DNA of 64,000 nucleotides from Escherichia coli (GTDB lineage Bacteria; Pseudomonadota; Gammaproteobacteria; Enterobacterales; Enterobacteriaceae). The stretch is from NCBI RefSeq assembly GCF_016903815.1, contig NZ_CP069973.1; one strand, 5' to 3'. The position numbers and the translations under genes are program-made. The notes under the pieces are model-generated. The model was not told the DNA's origin. It ran no database searches and worked only from the letters and a program-made list of their open reading frames with translations. Position 1 is the stretch's first letter, and each line of letters starts with the position of its first letter. Positions 60,203 through 64,000 of this stretch are shown here, piece after piece.

Positions 60203-63200
60203 TACGCCTCCTCCAGGGTCATACCGGCAAACATCTCATCCATCAGGTCAATCAACCCTGCATTGGGTCGGGTTGTGTAAATCCCCTGTTGCGGATGTTC
60301 TTTATCAACGCCACGCAGGAACAGATAGATAACGCCGCCAAAGTGACGATCATAGTCGTAATCAGCAATGCGATGGCGCAGATAACGATGCAGCGCCAGG
60401 GTATAAAGCTGATATTGCAGATCATAGCGGTGTGCCTGCATCGCTGCTGCCATAGCCTGTTGGGTGTAAGCCGAACTGTCTTCACCCAACCAGTTGGATT
60501 TATAGTCGAGCAGGTAATAACGCCCTTCGTGGCGGAACACCAGGTCGATAAAGCCTTTTAACATGCCACGTACCTGCATGAACTCTAGCGGCGGGCAGCC
60601 TGCGGATAGCGGGTCAAACTGGCGGATTAACGTATCAAGCTGACTGGCGATAAGCGGTTCACTAATCGGCAGATAAAACTCCATCTCCACCTGTTTATTG
60701 CGGGCGGAAAGTTGACTCAGGCTTACGCCGGTTTCATTGAGAGGTGCCTGGAGGACAGCCGTGATCCACTCGGTCAATACCGGTTCCCACTGCGATTCAA
60801 AGCCGCCGAGTTCCAGTTTTTCCCGCACCCAGTTCGGGTCAACCGGCTGGGTAAAATCCAGGTCTTCAAACAAACTGTGCAAGAATGTCCCTGGTGACGC
60901 ACCGCGCGGGAACTGATGCGGTGTTAACGTCGGTTCTTCAACGACGCTGACCACGCCTGCGGCATCAACATCCAGCCGTGGCATCAGATCCTGAGCGATA
61001 CCGTGACCACGCTGCTGCAAACCGGAGTAGCTGGTGACACGCCAGTTATCGCCGGGCAATCGTTGTAGCGTCCTCGCATTCAGTTCTGCAGTTAAAGCAT
61101 CATTAACCTGCCAGGGCTGTTTATCACCCGTTTGTGCCGTTTGCCAGGCAATATCATCATCGCATAACGCTTCAATACAGGTGCGAAGCCCTGCCGCATC
61201 TTGCGGTTCCCCTTTTTGCAGCAAACGCCCGAGCGCACTTTGGTGGACGTCGGTGTCACCTTTTTTATCGCCACGACGGCGCACCAGCGGTGCAACGCCG
61301 AGACTGCAATGCCAAACCGAACGTGTCAGCGCCACGTAAAGCAAACGCAGATCTTCCGCCAGACGTTCGGCCTCCGCGAGGTCGACGCTTTCTGGCGCAG
61401 CATTAAGATCCAGAACTGCCTCAAACGAGTGGCGATCGTGATAAAACGCCTGCTCCTGGACGCGGAAATTGGTGATAAACGGCAGCCAGACCAATGGATA
61501 TTCCAGCCCTTTCGATTTGTGGATCGTGACAATCTGCACCAGATGTTTATCACTTTCGAGACGCATTTGTTGGCTGGAGGCATTACTGTCTGGCTCGAGG
61601 ATATGTTGCGATAACCAGCGTACCAGCGCATGTTCACTTTCCAGCTGCGTTCCGGCTTCTTGTAGCAGTTCGCTGATATGCAAGATATCGGTAAGACGCC
61701 GCTCACCGCCTGCCGTTGCCAGCAAGTTTTCTGCAATGTTACGCGCCGACATCAGCGCCCGCAGCATCGGCATAACGCCACGTTTGCGCCAGATTTGCCG
61801 ATAACCATCGAACTCTTCAACTACCGCATCCCACGCATGTTCGTCATTATTCAGCGTTTCGATATCCAGCGCGTTCAGCCCCATCATTGACGTTGCCAGC
61901 GCACTACGCAGGGTGTTCTCACGTTCGGGCGTCATCACCGCCTGCAACAACCAAAGCATTTCCTGCGCTTCCAGAGTTTCAAAAACACTGTCGCGGTTCG
62001 AAAGGTAAACGGAAGGGATTTCCAGCAACGTTAAGGCATCGCGCACCTGGGCGGCCTCCTGGCGGCTGCGCACCAGCACACTGATGTCCGAAGCACGCAC
62101 CGGACGCGCGTCGTCGCCGTTCATCAGCAACGCTTCGCCCCTCTGTCCGGCTTGTAGCCAGTCGCGGATTTGCGCAGCACATACCTGCGCCATGGTACTT
62201 TGATAATCGCCAACGCCGCAGCTTTCGCCTTCCATCAGCCACATTTTCATCGCAGGCTGCGTTTCACCTTTAAATACAAAACGTAACGCCTGATTTTTCC
62301 CGGCTGATTTCACTGGAATAAACGGTATTTCGCGAAACATGAACGCGTCATCAGTCTGGCTGAAAAGCTTATTCACGCTGTTCACCATTCCTGGTGCGGA
62401 ACGCCAGTTGGTGTCTAAAGTGTAGTGGGCGTGAACTTCGCTACGCGCCTTCATATAAGTGAAGATATCCGCACCCCGGAATGCATATATGGCCTGCTTC
62501 GGGTCGCCAATTAGCAACAATGCGGTTTCCGGCTGATGGTGCCAGATACGGCGAAAAATTCGGTACTGCTGGGGGTCGGTATCCTGAAATTCATCGATCA
62601 TTGCCACCGGGAATCGCGTACGGATCGCCGCTGCCAACACCTCACCGCTTTCGCTACGCAGCGCGGAATCGAGCCGACTTAACATGTCATCAAAACCCAA
62701 TTCGCCACGGCGGCGTTTTTCACGCGCTACTGTTTCGCGGATCTCAGCCAATGCGCGGGTGATCACCAGATCGCGGATCGACAATGGTTCTGCAAGCAGT
62801 TGATCGATCGCCTCAAACAGTGGATGTCGCGGGGTTTCCCCCCCGGCCTTCGTGCGATCTTCTAAGAAACGCTGGGAGAATTTTTCCAGCGACTCCGGCA
62901 ACTGATAACTGTTTGTCTCTTCTTCTGCCCAGGCGCTGATCTTGTCGATCCATTTAGCCTGATTGCTACGGTTAAACTTGCGTCGCTCAATACCAGAAGA
63001 TTCGATCAGCGCATCCAGTTCACCCACTGCGTCGCGCCACTGCTGTTTTACCGTATCAATACGCGCCACAATTTGCGCGTGACGGGAAGCCAGCGTTTCA
63101 TCATCGGGCGGCGGTGCTTTGATAACCGGCGCTTCGCCTTGCAGATAACGATTAATATCGCGCAGCAACGCCTGCGGCCCTTTCCAGGTTTCAAAGACGA

Positions 63201-63744
63201 CCTGGGCTATTTCACGCGGCAGCGGGTAGCAGTGGCGACGCCAGAAATCGGCGCAGGCCTGGTAGCGTAGCAGAGACTCATCTTCAATCAGCTGCTGCTC
63301 AAACAGCATGCCGGATTCAAAGGCATTCAGGTTGAGCATGCGCTGGCAAAAGCCGTGAATAGTAAAGACTGCCGCTTCATCCATCTGCCGTTCGGCTAAC
63401 AACAACCACTGCGCGGCTTGCGCTTTATCGTCGATCTCTTCCAGCAGGCGTTCGTACAGTGGATTGTCGGTGGTTTCACGCAGACAGGCGATGCGCAACT
63501 CGTGGATATTGCTACGGATACGACCGCGCAATTCTGCCGTGGCAGCCTCGGTAAAGGTGACCACCAGCAGTTCTTCAACGGTCAGCGGGCGGGGAAAGGC
63601 GGCGGAACCGCCTAGTCCAAGTAACAGGCGCAAATAGAGCGCCGCAATCGTAAAGGTTTTGCCTGTGCCGGCAGAGGCTTCAATCAGGCGCTCACCCTGT
63701 AAGGGCAAGCGCAAAGGATCTAGTGTCTCGGCGACATCACTCAT
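60202..63744 (-). CDS. recB: exodeoxyribonuclease V beta subunit
   Basis: ORF 60202..63753; start set at [32 protein letters not shown] giving 1180 aa; 1-nt overlap with recD. Confidence 0.95.
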   Translation of the reverse strand: MSDVAETLDPLRLPLQGERLIEASAGTGKTFTIAALYLRLLLGLGGSAAFPRPLTVEELLVVTFTEAATAELRGRIRSNIHELRIACLRETTDNPLYERLLEEIDDKAQAAQWLLLAERQMDEAAVFTIHGFCQRMLNLNAFESGMLFEQQLIEDESLLRYQACADFWRRHCYPLPREIAQVVFETWKGPQALLRDINRYLQGEAPVIKAPPPDDETLASRHAQIVARIDTVKQQWRDAVGELDALIESSGIERRKFNRSNQAKWIDKISAWAEEETNSYQLPESLEKFSQRFLEDRTKAGGETPRHPLFEAIDQLLAEPLSIRDLVITRALAEIRETVAREKRRRGELGFDDMLSRLDSALRSESGEVLAAAIRTRFPVAMIDEFQDTDPQQYRIFRRIWHHQPETALLLIGDPKQAIYAFRGADIFTYMKARSEVHAHYTLDTNWRSAPGMVNSVNKLFSQTDDAFMFREIPFIPVKSAGKNQALRFVFKGETQPAMKMWLMEGESCGVGDYQSTMAQVCAAQIRDWLQAGQRGEALLMNGDDARPVRASDISVLVRSRQEAAQVRDALTLLEIPSVYLSNRDSVFETLEAQEMLWLLQAVMTPERENTLRSALATSMMGLNALDIETLNNDEHAWDAVVEEFDGYRQIWRKRGVMPMLRALMSARNIAENLLATAGGERRLTDILHISELLQEAGTQLESEHALVRWLSQHILEPDSNASSQQMRLESDKHLVQIVTIHKSKGLEYPLVWLPFITNFRVQEQAFYHDRHSFEAVLDLNAAPESVDLAEAERLAEDLRLLYVALTRSVWHCSLGVAPLVRRRGDKKGDTDVHQSALGRLLQKGEPQDAAGLRTCIEALCDDDIAWQTAQTGDKQPWQVNDALTAELNARTLQRLPGDNWRVTSYSGLQQRGHGIAQDLMPRLDVDAAGVVSVVEEPTLTPHQFPRGASPGTFLHSLFEDLDFTQPVDPNWVREKLELGGFESQWEPVLTEWITAVLQAPLNETGVSLSQLSARNKQVEMEFYLPISEPLIASQLDTLIRQFDPLSAGCPPLEFMQVRGMLKGFIDLVFRHEGRYYLLDYKSNWLGEDSSAYTQQAMAAAMQAHRYDLQYQLYTLALHRYLRHRIADYDYDRHFGGVIYLFLRGVDKEHPQQGIYTTRPNAGLIDLMDEMFAGMTLEEA

Positions 63745-64000
63745 TCTTTTCACTCATCAGGGGCATTGTTTGCTGCAACGCGCTGACGTTCTCCCACACT
63801 TTCCAGCCTTCAGGGTGTACATATTCGGCTTTCCCGTTCTGGCTGCCGGAAATCTGCGACAGAATAGCCATGCCTTGCGGCTCGACCACCGCCTGATGGA
63901 AGAAATCAGCAAGTTTTTGCGGCGTCAGCAGTTTTATCTGGGCCACGATTTTATCACGCGAATCGAAGCGCATATTGCCGCGATCGAAATCTTTACTTAA
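63737..64000 (-). CDS. ptrA: protease III (pitrilysin), 3' end only
   Basis: Minus-strand frame open to the window edge, ending ...[12 protein letters not shown]; overlaps the recB start. Confidence 0.8.
   Translation of the reverse strand, partial: LSKDFDRGNMRFDSRDKIVAQIKLLTPQKLADFFHQAVVEPQGMAILSQISGSQNGKAEYVHPEGWKVWENVSALQQTMPLMSEKNE

Overview
This window is a chromosomal segment with the gene order of the Escherichia coli K-12 ygcS-CRISPR-queE-eno-pyrG-mazGFE-relA-rlmD-barA-gudDXP-csrB-queF-sdaCB-xni-fuc-rlmM-gcvA/gcvB-csdAE-mltA-metZWV-amiC-argA-recDB region, in K-12 forward orientation. Gene names are assigned from recalled protein sequences and synteny, not from a database search. Most of the window is conserved core genome: about 57 protein genes, three tandem initiator tRNA-fMet genes, the sRNAs csrB and gcvB, a 6-repeat/5-spacer type I-E CRISPR array with its leader plus a degenerate array remnant (no cas genes in the window), the mazEF toxin-antitoxin module, and several REP/BIME repeats and intrinsic terminators. 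The one clearly accessory region is a roughly 6.8 kb island (about 36517..43324) lying between fucA and fucI, exactly where fucP sits in K-12. It encodes, all on the minus strand, a sugar ABC transporter (ATPase, permease, periplasmic binding protein), an FGGY-family pentulose-type kinase and a LacI-family repressor; no fucP permease ORF exists anywhere in the window. The intergenic region between the island and fucI carries two identical 16-bp perfect palindromes (GCTAACTCGAGTTAGC) 239 bp apart, one upstream of each divergent unit, suggesting a shared operator that couples the island to fucIKUR. This is the best candidate for a novel or poorly described system, plausibly a D-arabinose or related rare-sugar uptake and phosphorylation module grafted onto the fucose regulon. 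Smaller observations include a perfect-consensus CRP site and two terminator-like leader hairpins in the ygcW/yqcE divergent region, a consensus-matching PurR-box-like motif between ppnN and sdaC, and a one-base variant in the third tRNA-fMet copy.
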